Shown: piece after piece, positions 14,815-32,689 of the stretch
Position numbering within the stretch: the first letter of the stretch is position 1
Layout of the letters: each line of letters starts with the position of its first letter
DNA from: the human T2T-CHM13v2.0 reference genome, Homo sapiens
DNA: 64,000 nucleotides
Strand: one strand, 5' to 3'
Assembly (NCBI RefSeq): GCF_009914755.1
Contig: NC_060925.1
Notes under the pieces: generated by a model
Seen by the model: the letters and a program-made list of their open reading frames with translations, nothing else
Database searches by the model: none
What the model was told of the DNA's origin: nothing
Program-made: the position numbers and the translations under genes

Positions 14815-15128
14815 TTTTTTTTTTTTTGAAATTTTTTTTGAGACAGGGTCCCACTCTGTCGCCCAGGCTGGAGTGCAGTGGCACAATCTCAGCTCACTGC
14901 AGCCTCCCTTTCCCGGCTTCCTGGGTTCAAGTGATTTTCATGCCTCAGTCTCCTGAGTAGCTGGGACTATAGGCATGTGCCACCACGCCCGGCTAATTTT
15001 TGTGTTTTTAGTAGAAACGGGGTTTTGCCATGTTGGCCAGGCTGGTCTTGAATTCCTGAGCTCAAGCAATCCACCTGCCTCGGACTCCCAAAGTGCTGGG
15101 ACTACAGGTGTGAGCCCCGCATCCAGGC
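14815..15128 (-). mobile_element. Alu (AluJ/Sx-like)
   Basis: Poly(T) followed by reverse Alu dimer. Confidence 0.9.
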
Positions 15129-15752
15129 TACTTTCTCTATTGTACTAATCAATGTCTAGAATTACTATTATTTACCTCTCTATTGTTTGTTTCCCCAAAT
15201 AGAATATAAATTCCCTGAGAGTAGAATTTGTTCCCTAATGTGATTTGCTCATTGCTTTAACCCCAGCACCTTGAATAATGTACATATTAGGTACTCTATA
15301 ATTATGAATCGAATTAATGAGTGTTGAATACAGATCTCAGCTCTTGCAAAGTGGTTTAAAGGGGAAAAGAGATCAAGAGAAGCAAAGAGGCATTTTAATG
15401 AGGTAAGCGGAGAAGCCGCCAGCAATCACCTCTGGTCCCACAGCAATGCCCTTTCCCTTCTTCCATTTTTTTTTCAAAGCAGATGCCTCTAGATGGAATT
15501 GTTAAGGTCACAGTTCTTGCTGGATAAAAATCACAAATCGTGCTGACTTCAGCTCACCATTAAAATTCCCCACAATGCCAGTTTCAAAACAAAGTGCTCT
15601 CCGAAAGATGAAACCTTATGTGTTCCTCCCTTAACGTTCCCCTCTTAACCGCGCATCATATGAAGCCTGTCAGCTTCCCTGGACTCACTGTGCTTTATCA
15701 CTAATCCTTCACTTTTCCCTTTCTGCCTCAAAGGAGGATGCTCCCCGCTTCT

Positions 15753-16891
<1,139 letters not shown>

Positions 16892-18746
16892 ACTTCCATT
16901 TCAGGATTTTCTTCTTTACTTGTTCTCTGAACCCCTTCCCAACTGATCTTCCTCCTGCCTCAGATCCACATTTCACATTGCCACCCAAGGATCTTCAATA
17001 ACCACTTATATGAATATTGCTCTCTTACTCGGATACCTTCACTGGCTCCTCAAACTCACATTATTGAGCATGGTACTCAAGGCCCTCCCCAAGGACAAAG
17101 ACCAGCTTACCCTCTTCACCCTTATTTCTACGTGCCCTAGCATTAAACTGACGTCAAAGCATATAGGATATAACTAACTACCTGCAATTTTAATGCAATG
17201 GAGCTGTTGGCTTGTAGCTATGACAGGAAAAGACATTTGACCACAGGGTATGCAGGGTATCTGGTGCAAAGGCATTCTGGCAGAGCAAACCCAACACATC
17301 AGTTTTACTGTTTCCCATGACTTGCGAATCCACCCTGGAGAGGATTTGAATCAGTTGACTTCTTCCTCTAAAACCTTCCTAGCTGCATGGCTGTTTGTGT
17401 GTGTGTGACTGCATTATTGAGTACACAAGCCTTTTGAATCAGGGATCTCAGATTTTAGAACTGTCAATTATTTCACATCATCCTAAACCTCTCTTCCCTT
17501 CCATTAGCGTGGATAATTGGAAGCTGATGAGGGTTAGCATTACACAAGGAGATAAATTCATTCAACAAACATTCAGCAAACACTCATTAAGTACCTAATG
17601 TATGCCACCTTGAGATACAGTGTAGAAGAGGACACAACCATGTAAGCATCATTACTTCAGAAGAAGAAATGCTATAATAAAGGTATGTTCAATATTAGGT
17701 GTACTGAGGGAACATAGAGACAGTGCTTCTCTAACAATCTAAAGAGGACAGGGAAGGCTTTGGGGAGAAGGTGACAAGACGTGGAGGATGTGAATCTGAG
17801 GCAAGGATAGAAGGAGAAGTAAATTTGCCAGACTTCACCCCCATACCATCAGTATAATTTGAGAAATATTTTTAAACATCATGACTGTACAGATTTTTTT
17901 AGTGGCATTATTTGGGCCATACTGAGTGATTGCTGCATGCATTTCTACTCCTTTGACCTACTTTTTCATAAGTGTCAACAGAGGCTTGCAAACAACCACT
18001 AAAATAGTGTTCACAATGTATCAGGACGGAGTTTTGAATTAGAGGCGTCCATGCTGTGCTGAAGCTGGTGGTCTTGTGAGCAGAAACACTTTGCTAAGGT
18101 TGTAAGAGAGAAGCGAAGGAAGCATAGCAGGGCAAGAGGAGGAAAGAGACAGAGCAAGCCTAAAGCTAAAGAGTTGTGAGGGGTGGAGCCCGGGTCATTC
18201 AGGGATTTTTTTAAAGTGGGTTGCTCACAATGTTTCTGGAAGAGCGTACAACTTAGCGGACAGAACCCATATGACTTGTAAATTACAAGGCAGTCATTAC
18301 ATAGCCAAGCTACAGGAAGGGCGCCTTCTGTTAGAGTGGCTACGTAACTCTCGATTTCAAAATGCCTATTGGTTCATTTGCAGGACTCGGCAAAAAATAA
18401 GCACAAGAGTACATCAAACTTAGCATTTTGGATCAAGCCAATTTTGTTGCCAAAGGACACTTCATGAGATCAGTAGTAGCTGCCTCTATGTTGATCATCT
18501 AAAGTCATAGAGGTACCATATTCTCAACTTCTTCCTATGAATTTCAGTTTTTAAATTACTGAGTCAAAAGCAGTAAGCATTTAAATCACTTTTGATAACT
18601 AGCCTATATAGTGTTTATCAAAAGAGCTGTATTAATTTACTGTACCACCAACAGGGTACATGTATACCAGATTCACCACGATCTGTCATACATTTAGCAA
18701 AAGTAAGTTAGTGAGTTAACAATTTATGATTTAGTATATTTACAAC

Positions 18747-20136
18747 TGTGTCCGGAATTGATGGGTTCTTGGTCTCACAGACTTCAAGAATGAAGCCGTG
18801 GACCCTCGCGGTGAGTGTTACAGCTCTTAAGGTGGCGCGTCTGGAGTCTGTCCCTTCTGATGTTCAGATGTGTTCGGAGTTTCTTCCTTCTGGTGGGTTC
18901 AGTGGTCTTGCTGGCTCAGAAGTGAAGCTGCAGACCTTTGCGGTGAGTGTTACAGCTCTTAAGGCAGGGTGTCTGGAGTTGTTCGTTCCTCCTGGTGGGT
19001 TCGTGGTCTCGCTGGGTTCAGGAGTGAAGCTGCAGATCTTCGCGATGAGTGTTACAGCTCATAAAAGCAACGTGGACCCAAAGAGTGAGCAGTAGCAAGA
19101 TTTATTGCAAAGGGCAAAAGAACACAGCTTCCACAGTGTGGAAGGGGACCCCAGCGGGTTGCCAATGCTGGCTCGGTCAGCCTGCTTTTATTCTCTTATC
19201 TGGCCCCACCCACATCCTGCTGATTGGTAGAGCTGAGTGGCCTGTTTTGTCAGGCTGCTGACTGGTGCTTTTACAATCCCTGAGCTAGATACAAAGGTTC
19301 TCCACCTCCCCATCAGATTAGTTAGATACAGAGTTTTGACACACACGTTCTCCAGGGCCCCACCAGAGCAGCTAGATACAGAGTATTGATTGGTGCACTC
19401 ACAAACCTTGAGCTAAACACAGGGTGCTGATTGGTGTATTTACAATCCCTGAGCTAGATATAAAGACTCTCCACGTCCCCACCAGACTCAGGAGCCCAGC
19501 TGGCTTCACCTAGTGGATCCCGCACCGGGGCTGCAGGTGGACTGCCTGCCAGTCCTGCGCCGTGCGCTCGCATTCCTCAGCCCTTGGGTGGTCGATGGGA
19601 CTGGGCACCGTGGAGCAGGGGTTGGTGCTCGTCGGGGAGGCTGGGGCCGCACAGGAGCCCATGGAGTGGGTGGGAGGCTCAGGCATGGTGGGCTGCAGGT
19701 CCCAAGCCCTGCCCCACGGGAAGGCAGCTAAGGCCCGGTAAGAAATCGAGCACAGCGCTGGTGGGCCGGCACTGCTGGGGGACTCAGTACACCCTCCGCA
19801 GCCACTGGCCCGGATGCTAAGTCCCGCATTGCCCGGGGCCAGCAAGGCTGGCTGGCTGCTCCGAGTGTGGAGCCCACCAAGCCCACGCCCACCCGGAACT
19901 CCAGCTGGCCTGCAAGCGCCGCACGCAGCCCGGGTTCCCGCTCGTGCCTCTCCCTCCACACCTCCCTGCAAGCTGAGGGAGTGGGCTCCAGCCTTGGCCA
20001 GCCCAGAAAGGGGCTCCCACAGTGCAGTGGGGGGGCTGAAGGGCTCCTCAAATGCCGCCAAAGTGGGAGCCCAGGCAGGGGAGGTGCCGAGAGCAAGCGA
20101 GGGCTCTGAGGACTGCCAGCACGCTGTCACCTCTCA
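18747..20136 (-). mobile_element. LTR12-family (ERV9) solo LTR, LTR12C/D-like
   Basis: Termini tgtgtccggaattg...gctgtcacctctca; CCAAT repeats; approximate 4-bp TSD caac/aaac. Confidence 0.93.
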
Positions 20137-20539
20137 AAACAGTACCTTAACAATGGTTTAACGTGCATTCAACAAACATCCAGGAAACAATTATTAAGCA
20201 CTTAATGTACTTTGATTACTGGAGTTATCTTTTTAGGCTGGCCCAAAGCCACTAGAAAGGTCCATTTGAATCAGGCATCATTGCTGATTTGATGATTTCT
20301 CCCTTTCCTTCATCCGCCATAGGAATCAACATATATATATATGTGTGTGTATGTATACATATGTATATATACAGTCATTGAGTTCTTTTGACTCTCTCTT
20401 TCAAAGGTCTCTTACATCTATCTATCCTACTATTTTTATTCCTGCTACCATCAGCATAGTTCATAGTGCAGAAAGCTTAAGTCTGTGCTACTGAAAATGT
20501 CTTCACAGGTCTCTCTGCCTTCAGTCTTCCCCATGGTAA

Positions 20540-20760
20540 TAATCACAACTCATTTACTGAGCAACTACTATGAGCCAAGCTGACTGCTGGGTGTTTCATA
20601 GACATTACCTCCCACAACAACCCCATGGGGCAGATATTAACTCCACTTTACAGATGAGGAAACTGAGACACAGAAAATTAAGATAATCACTGAATTTACC
20701 CAACAGTAAGTGGAAGAGCAGATATTTTAACCTGAGTCTGAGTCCAAAACCTGTGTCCTC
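20540..20760 (-). mobile_element. MIR SINE
   Basis: catttactgagcaactactatgagcca...ttacagatgaggaaactgagacacaga. Confidence 0.7.
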
Positions 20761-20807
20761 AATGAAACATTTCTCGAATCAGTCCTCTAACCCATTCTAA
20801 ACATTCC

Positions 20808-21400
20808 TGTACTTGTTAAGTCATTGCCTCTTAACTTCAAACCCCTCCTATGATACCCAGCTTTGTGATGCTCAGCTGGGACTCTGCAAAACAGTCCGCT
20901 TTGCCAGTTAGCTCTGTGTTGGGCTCTGCCAATAGGGGGTGCTAGAGGAAGAGCTCAAGGCTGGAGGAGGGAGGACAAAGTCCTCAAAGCAGCCCAACTA
21001 CCTGCTTCCCGTGGACTTCCTGTGAGCATCACTTCTGTGGAACTTCATCCCAACAGCAGCAGTTCTGTCCCACAGTAGCAGCTAAAATGCAGTTTGCCAT
21101 TTTCCCAACACTTACAGAATGAGTTTTATCACATCCCCCTCAAAGATGCCAGCATTAGCCAGCAGGTGCCCCTTTTCCGAGATGCGGGTCCCAGCCCCAC
21201 TTAGGCCCTCCTCCCAAACAGTATCTCCTCTTCAAGTCTGAGCTTTGGCTTCTCAGAGCTGCTCCTCTTCAGCTTCCAGGGTTTAGTCATTCTAATATCT
21301 TCCTTTTGTTCCCTCAGCCGTAGGGGTGGTAGTGTTTTGATGCTAACTTCATAATATCTTAGAGTTCCTTTTTACCTGTTCAAGTATCTAGTTAACACAT
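20808..21400 (+). mobile_element. LTR33-like ERVL LTR
   Basis: ctttgtgatgct...gggactctgcaaa...ctttgccag...ctctgccaatagggggtgctagagga motif typical of LTR33/LTR41. Confidence 0.55.
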
Positions 21401-21409
21401 TTATACCTC

Positions 21410-21885
21410 ATTAGCAATTCTGGAGGAGCTGTTGCCAGAAGGAACTTACTCCAGAAAGCAAGTGAACCTGAGTGATGCAAGGAGTGAAACATATTGGATA
21501 CTGTGTTGTTCCCCCAAGTCCCCTCTTTTGGGCCACAGCACCCATCTTCCAGTTGCTGGGGGTATCTACAGCTGCATCCCCTGGGTTTCATGGAACTGCC
21601 TCACCCAAGGCTACAGCCCCTGTCAGCAGTGTCTCATGGCCAATGACCTGCTGAATGAGGGCATATAAAGGCCAACCCCCTTGCCTTAATCTGGGCTCCA
21701 GGATTCCTGTGGGATCAGCAGAAGCCTCAGGAGCTACCTCATTGTGAGTCACTTTCTCCCTCTGCCCAATCTTCCTGCTTTCCTCACTTATTTCCATGTG
21801 TTTCTCCCCAGAGTATTCCCAATAAACCTTCTGCAGGTAACTGTCTATCTCAGTCTTTTTCCAAGTATTTCTGGTACGCTAACCT
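21410..21885 (+). mobile_element. LTR16-like ERVL LTR
   Basis: ccaatgac...gggcatataaaggcc...gggatcagcagaagcct...ctctgcccaatc...ccaataaaccttctgca. Confidence 0.55.
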
Positions 21886-23512
21886 TAATTAGTGATATCC
21901 AACATCACAAATTAGTGATGTCTGTAGAGATTTCGATGGGCACTATGATTGAACTTGGAGTGGTGGAGAGCAAATACCAAGAAGAAAACTATTGCTACAG
22001 GAACAGTTGATAAATCCCATCTCCATAAACCCAAAGCAAAATAACAACAATATAGAACTATCATTCCTGAAAAATAGCCTAATGCAGGAAGGGTGTGGTA
22101 GTCACATCCTGGTAGCATTTTCAGGATATTTTTGTTGTTCTGTGTTTTCAACTACTTTTTAGCTTTAACAAGTCAAATTGCCTTGCTACCCCGAGGCCGC
22201 TTCAGAATACATATGCTGCATTGGTACTTGAAATCTGCATATCTTATTTTTGTTTTCCACTGCCTGTAATTCTATAAATAAAAGGGAAAATAATGTATGA
22301 AATTTCAACTTATCTGCAATTCATATTATATAAAACATTAACTTTTGGGAAGAAGGAATTGATTTAAATTATTAAAACCCTAAAAATGCTAATACACAAA
22401 ACAGTCATCTCTCATAACATTATGTATTCTAAGAAGTTGCTACTTGAGTTTTTCAAAGGCTTACTCATGAACTAATTTTCTCAGTCTGCAAACAAATTTA
22501 AGTGTTCATAAATGCCATTAAAATTATATCCTGCAGTTTTGAAACAATATTCAATTCATTTTTAATGAAAGAAAATATATATAAAGGAGATAAAATATTC
22601 TTCAATTAGTGTTATGGTTTATACTTCAGGCAAAGAATAAAGCCTCCCTGAAATATTTCAAGAAAATTGACTATTTTTGGTTTATTTTTAATATCATTAT
22701 AAGCCATAACTACATTTTGTTTTAGGGAGATAAACATTTATCACAACCAAATGTATGCCTACCAGAAGTTTGATTATCTGAATAAACTCGAGTTGAGGAA
22801 TATTTAATATGTCACTTAAAGTTAATACCTAGGAAGAAGTCTCAATTAAATCCCAGGTATAGAGGTGAGTCCTCATGTTTTATTTGGCCTGATATGATAT
22901 TGCTGGGTCTTTCTTAAGGCCTTAAGATAGTGCTGTGAAAATGTCATTTGTATATTTTTATGATACCTGCATTTTGTTTGGATGTATTTTATATGTTCTT
23001 ATTTATACCGTAGCTTATACTTCCTGACAGTTTTTCATTTTAAATTGGATCATAAATATCCTTCACTTAATAGTTTCTTGATTTTCCTCTTTGCCATTTC
23101 TTCAGATTTTATCTTCAAAATAACCTCTCATTTTCTTGACTTCCTGGATAGCACAGAGAAGAAGACACATTCTTCTCTGAACAAGGGGGAGGAAGGAAGG
23201 AATTACAATAAGAAGCCTAGGTAGAGGAAGAGTGGGCAGTGAGATACTTTTCCTGCTATCAAATGTCTTCTCTAACATTTAGAAAGGTGTGGAAAGGCCG
23301 CTAGTTTAAAGACTAACAAACTAGGAAGGCTGACCACATATTAGCAGAGTTTAATATTTTAACCAACTGAATATTAAATTTATACACAAACACAAGATTA
23401 AATACATACTCGTTAATATGCTACCTAGCAACTAGGGCTAGCTATTTAACCAGTACATATAGGTAACTGTAACTGAGTCCTTGAACTGTGGTTAAAACCT
23501 TCTGAAAATATT

Positions 23513-23513
<1 letters not shown>

Positions 23514-23546
<33 letters not shown>
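23514..23546. repeat. (TG)n microsatellite
   Basis: Visible directly in the sequence. Confidence 0.95.
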
Positions 23547-23549
<3 letters not shown>

Positions 23550-23824
23550 TTACACTGCTCCTAAATTGACAATGGATTTCAGGAGACTCTAGAATTATAT
23601 ATACAGTGAAGTAGGAAAGTTGAATTAAAAAACAAACAAAAAAAACAGAAACAACTAGTGTGCTGGTGTTTGCTGGTTACAAAGCAACCAGTCCCCTTTT
23701 CCCTCCTCCTACCTTTACCTTTGTTTTTGTTTTTTTTTACCTCCCCAGTGTAACTGGGAGAAAACTGACCCCACTACCAGATCCAGGGTTCTGATTAGTC
23801 TAAATCAATCAGGATCTTACGATC

Positions 23825-24241
23825 TGGATTAGGCCATTTTTGCATTGCTATAAAGAAATACCTGAAGGCCGGGTAATTAATAAGGAAAAGAGGTTTAATT
23901 GGCTCATGGTTCTAGGATGCACAAGCATGGCACCAACATTTGCTTACTTCTGGTGAGGGTCTCAGGAAGCTTACGATCATGGTGGAAGGTGAAGAGGGAG
24001 CAGGCATATCACATGGTAACAGAGGGAGCAAGAAGGGGAGGGAAGTCCCAGACTTTTAAACAACCAGATCTTATGTGAAATAAAGGAGCAAAAATTCATT
24101 TATCAGCAAGAGGATGGTGCTAAACCATTAAGGAGGGATCCATCCCCATTATCCAATCACCTCCCACTAGGCCTCACCTCCAAAACTGGGAATCACATTT
24201 CAACATGAGATTTGGCAGGAAGAGACATCCAAACCTTATTA
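23825..24241 (-). mobile_element. MSTA/MSTB (ERVL-MaLR) LTR
   Basis: gcattgctataaagaaatacctga...gaggtttaattggctcatggttct...atcacctcccactaggcc...caacatgagatttgg. Confidence 0.85.
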
Positions 24242-24300
24242 CTGTCTCTCATGTGACAATGCATGGGAGGCCCCTGTTCATAGGTATGGACATAGGACCC

Positions 24301-24725
24301 TTTGGCAGACTTAAAACATGGCCCCCAAATTCTTTGACAGCCTTCCTATTGAGAGGTAGAATTTCTGTCTCCTCCCCTTAAATCTAGTCTTTTTGATTTC
24401 TTGACTAATAGAATGTGGCAGAACTGACAGTTATGTTAGAAAATACCAGTTCCTACTCCCTGTCTCTTGGGATACTTTGCTTTGGAAACACAACAACCAT
24501 GCTGTGAGGAAGCCCAAAGCAGCTCATGAAGAGACCCGCAGGGAGAGTAATCCAGGTCTCTGGCCCTCAATTCCAGCTAAGCCACCACCTGACAACTAGC
24601 ACCAATTTGCCAGCTGTGTAGGTGAACCATCTTGGAAATGAATCCTCCACCCAATTCATAAGCTAAATAAATTGTTATTTTAAGCCACTAAATGGGTTTA
24701 CAAAGCAACAATACATAACTAGAAC
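24301..24725 (+). mobile_element. MLT1 (F/G/H-like) LTR
   Basis: gactaatagaatgtggcagaa...ccatgctgtgaggaagccc...gccagctgtgtaggtgaaccatcttgga...ttttaagccactaa. Confidence 0.7.
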
Positions 24726-26251
24726 ACTGATACTTGACACCTTGTAGGTGAACTTTTTTTCTTTCTCTTGAGAAGTTTAGGCTCTTTCGTTAATCCCTCA
24801 TGAAGTTTAATGTTAACACCTTTTTTCTTTCCTTTTCATTTCCTTCCTTCTTTTTTTTCTGACATTTGGTGATCCTTTTTAATAACAATAATAATAATAA
24901 TAATAAATCCTGCAATTCTAGGGAATGTCTTTGATAATCTTCTTTTGGTAATTATCTCCCTTTCATTTTCTCTGTTCTTTCTTTCTGGAACTCTGTGTGA
25001 GACAAATTGGATCTGCTGATTGATTTTCAGATTCTCTTTCCTTTTGTTCATCTTTTTTTCTATTTTTCTTCCAACCCTGATATTGAATTTTTAAGTTGAG
25101 CTATCAGATATTTAACTTTCAAGAGCTCTGTCTTGTTCTTTGATTCTCCCTTTTAAATAGGATTCTATTCTTTTTTCCATGGATCAAATAAGTCTCTTTT
25201 CTCTTTGGAGACATTTATCTTCAGGATTTTTTAAAAATAAAAACCCTTCTGCTTTTGATGTCATATATATTTCTTCAGTATTCCTATTCTCTGTTTCCTT
25301 AAGTTTCTCTTTTATTTTGGAGGCATTTAGTGTTCAAATATCTGGTAATCCTTGGCTACAGATTCATAGTTTAAGACAAGAGTCTGTCTAGTTTAGTCTA
25401 CCTACTGGAAATCAGTTTCAATTGCAATTGAGTTTAATAATTTTTTGAGGGTTGCTTTATAAAATGTCTAATTCTAAGCAGAATTAGAGACAGAAAGAAG
25501 TGATAGCTTAGTGTGAATAAAATTAGCATGGTTAGTTGAAGAGGAAGATGATGAGTACCATTGCAACCCTATGAACAACTGTAGAGATTGGTACTGCGGT
25601 TAATCCCACTAATCTCCTTCTTCTAAGTTTCCAGGAAAAGAGGCTACTATAAGCCAGGGAGATGTTGAATGATATTCTGAAATGTTCAAGGCAAGAAATG
25701 CTCTCTCCTTGCAGAGACTGAGTAAAAGACTGAACATAATAGGGGGAACTGGGGTTTGGCCATTTATATACAAGGAGAAATTCTTGTAACAGGCAATCTT
25801 TGCCCTGGAGCTTGCTATCAGGCTGGCTGAAACCTTCTCAGAGTTGCACTATAGCTCTTTTCACCTCCTTCCTTCCTCTTCTCACTTCACAGGGGTCAGA
25901 CCTGCACTGCGGCCTGGTGACCTTCTATACCTACTTCTACTCCTTTTTCCCTGTTCTTTCAAGGCATTAGCCTCGGTAAATCTCTTGCACTTCTAACTAT
26001 ATTTTGACATTTGCTTCCAAGACAGCTCAAACTGACATGCCAACTATAAGACTTCCCAGTTTATGCATTTCCATGACTTGAGGAAGTAGATTTCCATGTT
26101 TATTTTTTAAACTTTTTTCTTTTTTAAAAAAAATAAAGTTATATGTGAACAAAGCTTAAAAAGTAAAATAGTTCTACAAGATTTGTTATTTTAAAAAAAC
26201 AGCATCCTCCTGGCCCTCTCTTACCATTTTCTCTTTTTTTTTTTTTTTTTT

Positions 26252-26627
26252 GTTTTTCTTCTTGAATTTATTCACTTTTACAAAAATGCATTTGAAAGAG
26301 TGATTACTCTGAAAAGATTAACATTTTTTAGCTTGCATATGAAGTTTGTTGCCACAAGTCATTTTAATATTATTCTTGAAGAATACTCAGCATGGCAGAT
26401 ACGCTTCCAGATCTATATAGAATGTCTCCTAAGGCTTTAGTATGTTTTCTCTAAATAAGTAATAGTTACAGAGATATAATTTAACTGGTTGAAAGATAGG
26501 GAAAATACCACTTACCACAAGCTCATAAAACTTTTACATAAGCAGTTCACTAATATGGGTGACCATAATGTATATGATAAAAGCCCCTCTCAAGCTTGGG
26601 AATATGTGGTCATTTGGGATGGTTTTC
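26252..26627 (-). other. Putative L1 3'-transduced unique segment (~375 bp)
   Basis: Lies between the L1 poly(A) (26628-26663) and a second poly(A) (T18 at 26234-26251); minus-strand AATAAA at 26267-26272; ccattttct at 26224-26232 repeated at the L1 5' junction 32679-32687. Confidence 0.75.
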
Positions 26628-26868
26628 TTTTTTTTTTTTTTTTTTTTTAATTTTTTTTTTTTTATTATACTCTAAGTTTTAGGGTACATGTGCACATTGT
26701 GCAGGTTAGTTACATATGTATACATGTGCCATGCTGGTGCGCTGCACCTACTAACGTGTCATCTAGCATTAGGTATATCTCCCAATGCTATCCCTCCCCC
26801 CTCCCCCGACCCCACCACAGTCCCCAGAGTGTGATATTCCCCTTCCTGTGTCCAAGTGATCTCATTGT

Positions 26869-30720
<3,852 letters not shown>

Positions 30721-30759
30721 TCATTAGTTGATGCAGTTTCTTCCTAGTCTCGATGGTCT

Positions 30760-31776
30760 TTACATTTTGGCATGATTTTGCAGCGGCTGGTACCAGTTGT
30801 TCCTTTCCATGTTTAGCGCTTCCTTCAGGAGCTCTTTTAGGGCAGGCCTGGTGGTGACAAAATCTCTCAGCATTTGCTTGTCTATAAAGTATTTTATTTC
30901 TCCTTCACTTATGAAGCTTAGTTTGGCTGGATATGAAATTCTGGGTTGAAAATTCTTTTCTTTAAGAATGTTGAATATTGGCCCCCACTCTCTTCTGGCT
31001 TGTAGGGTTTCTGCCGAGAGATCCGCTGTTAGTCTGATGGGCTTTCCTTTGAGGGTAACCCGACCTTTCTCTCTGGCTGCCCTTAACATTTTTTCCTTCA
31101 TTTCAACTTTGGTGAATCTGACAATTATGTGTCTTGGAGTTGCTCTTCTCGAGGAGTATCTTTGTGGCGTTCTCTGTATTTCCTGAATCTGAACGTTGGC
31201 CTGCCTTGCTAGATTGGGGAAGTTCTCCTGGATAATATCCTGCAGAGTGTTTTCCAACTTGGTTCCATTCTCCCCGTCACTTTCAGGTACACCAATCAGA
31301 CGTAGATTTGGTCTTTTCACATAGTCCCATATTTCTTGGAGGCTTTGCTCATTTCTTTTTATTCTTTTTTCTCTAAACTTCCCTTCTCGCTTCATTTCAT
31401 TCATTTCATCTTCCATTGCTGATACCCTTTCTTCCAGTTGATCGCATCGGCTCCTGAGGCTTCTGCATTCTTCACGTAGTTCTCGAGCCTTGGTTTTCAG
31501 CTCCATCAGCTCCTTTAAGCACTTCTCTGTATTGGTTATTCTAGTTATACATTCTTCTAAATTTTTTTCAAAGTTTTCAACTTCTTTGCCTTTGGTTTGA
31601 ATGTCCTCCCGTAGCTCAGAGTAATTTGATCGTCTGAAGCCTTCTTCTCTCAGCTCGTCAAAATCATTCTCCATCCAGCTTTGTTCTGTTGCTGGTGAGG
31701 AACTGCGTTCCTTTGGAGGAGGAGAGGCGCTCTGCGTTTTAGAGTTTCCAGTTTTTCTGTTCTGTTTTTTCCCCAT
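30760..31776 (-). CDS. L1 ORF1p, intact 338 aa RNA-binding protein
   Basis: MGKKQNRKTGNSKTQSASPPPKERSSSP...REKG...ARR...YPAKLS...QNHAKM, canonical length and motifs. Confidence 0.95.
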   Translation of the reverse strand: MGKKQNRKTGNSKTQSASPPPKERSSSPATEQSWMENDFDELREEGFRRSNYSELREDIQTKGKEVENFEKNLEECITRITNTEKCLKELMELKTKARELREECRSLRSRCDQLEERVSAMEDEMNEMKREGKFREKRIKRNEQSLQEIWDYVKRPNLRLIGVPESDGENGTKLENTLQDIIQENFPNLARQANVQIQEIQRTPQRYSSRRATPRHIIVRFTKVEMKEKMLRAAREKGRVTLKGKPIRLTADLSAETLQARREWGPIFNILKEKNFQPRISYPAKLSFISEGEIKYFIDKQMLRDFVTTRPALKELLKEALNMERNNWYQPLQNHAKM

Positions 31777-32680
31777 CTTTGTGGTTTTATCTACTTTTGG
31801 TCTTTGATGATGGTGATGTACAGATGGGTTTTCGGTGTAGATGTCCTTTCTGGTTGTTAGTTTTCCTTCTAACAGACAGGACCCTCAGCTGCAGGTCTGT
31901 TGGAATACCCTGCCGTGTGAGGTGTCAGTGTGCCCCTGCTGGGGGGTGCCTCCCAGTTAGGCTGCTCGGGGGTCAGGGGTCAGGGACCCACTTGAGGAGG
32001 CAGTCTGCCCGTTCTCAGATCTCCAGCTGCGTGCTGGGAGAACCACTGCTCTCTTCAAAGCTGTCAGACAGGGACACTTAAGTCTGCAGAGGTTAGTGCT
32101 GTCTTTTTGTTTGTCTGTGCCCTGCCCCCAGAGGTGGAGCCTACAGAGGCAGGCAGGCCTCCTTGAGCTGTGGTGGGCTCCACCCAGTTCGAGCTTCCAG
32201 GCTGCTTTGTTTACCTAAGCAAGCCTGGGCAATGGCGGGCGCCCCTCCCCCAGCCTCGTTGCCGCCTTGCAGTTTGATCTCAGACTGCTGTGCTAGCAAT
32301 CAGCGAGATTCCGTGGGCGTAGGACCCTCTGAGCCAGGTGTGGGATATAGTCTCGTGGTGCGCCGTTTCTTAAGCCGGTCTGAAAAGCGCAATATTCGGG
32401 TGGGAGTGACCCGATTTTCCAGGTGCGTCCGTCACCCCTTTCTTTGACTCAGAAAGGGAACTCCCTGACCCCTTGCGCTTCCCAGGTGAGGCAATGCCTC
32501 GCCCTGCTTCGGCTCGCGCACGGTGCGCACACACACTGGCCTGCGCCCACTGTCTGGCACTCCCTAGTGAGATGAACCCGGTACCTCAGATGGAAATGCA
32601 GTCACCCGTCTTCTGCGTCGCTCACGCTGGGAGCTGTAGACCGGAGCTGTTCCTATTCGGCCATCTTGGCTCCTCCCTCC
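31777..32680. promoter_or_regulatory. L1 5'UTR with sense promoter (-) and antisense promoter (+), CpG-rich
   Basis: Complete 5'UTR; YY1 motif at ~32658-32668; antisense promoter is established L1 biology. Confidence 0.85.
32232..32447 (+). CDS. L1 ORF0 (antisense, primate-specific), intact 71 aa
   Basis: MAGAPPPASLPPCSLISDCCASNQRDSVGVGPSEPGVGYSLVVRRFLSRSEKRNIRVGVTRFSRCVRHPFL; donors at nt 106 (ccag|gtgtgg, 32337/8) and nt 191 (ccag|gtgcgt, 32422/3). Confidence 0.88.
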   Translation: MAGAPPPASLPPCSLISDCCASNQRDSVGVGPSEPGVGYSLVVRRFLSRSEKRNIRVGVTRFSRCVRHPFL

Positions 32681-32689
32681 ATTTTCTTT

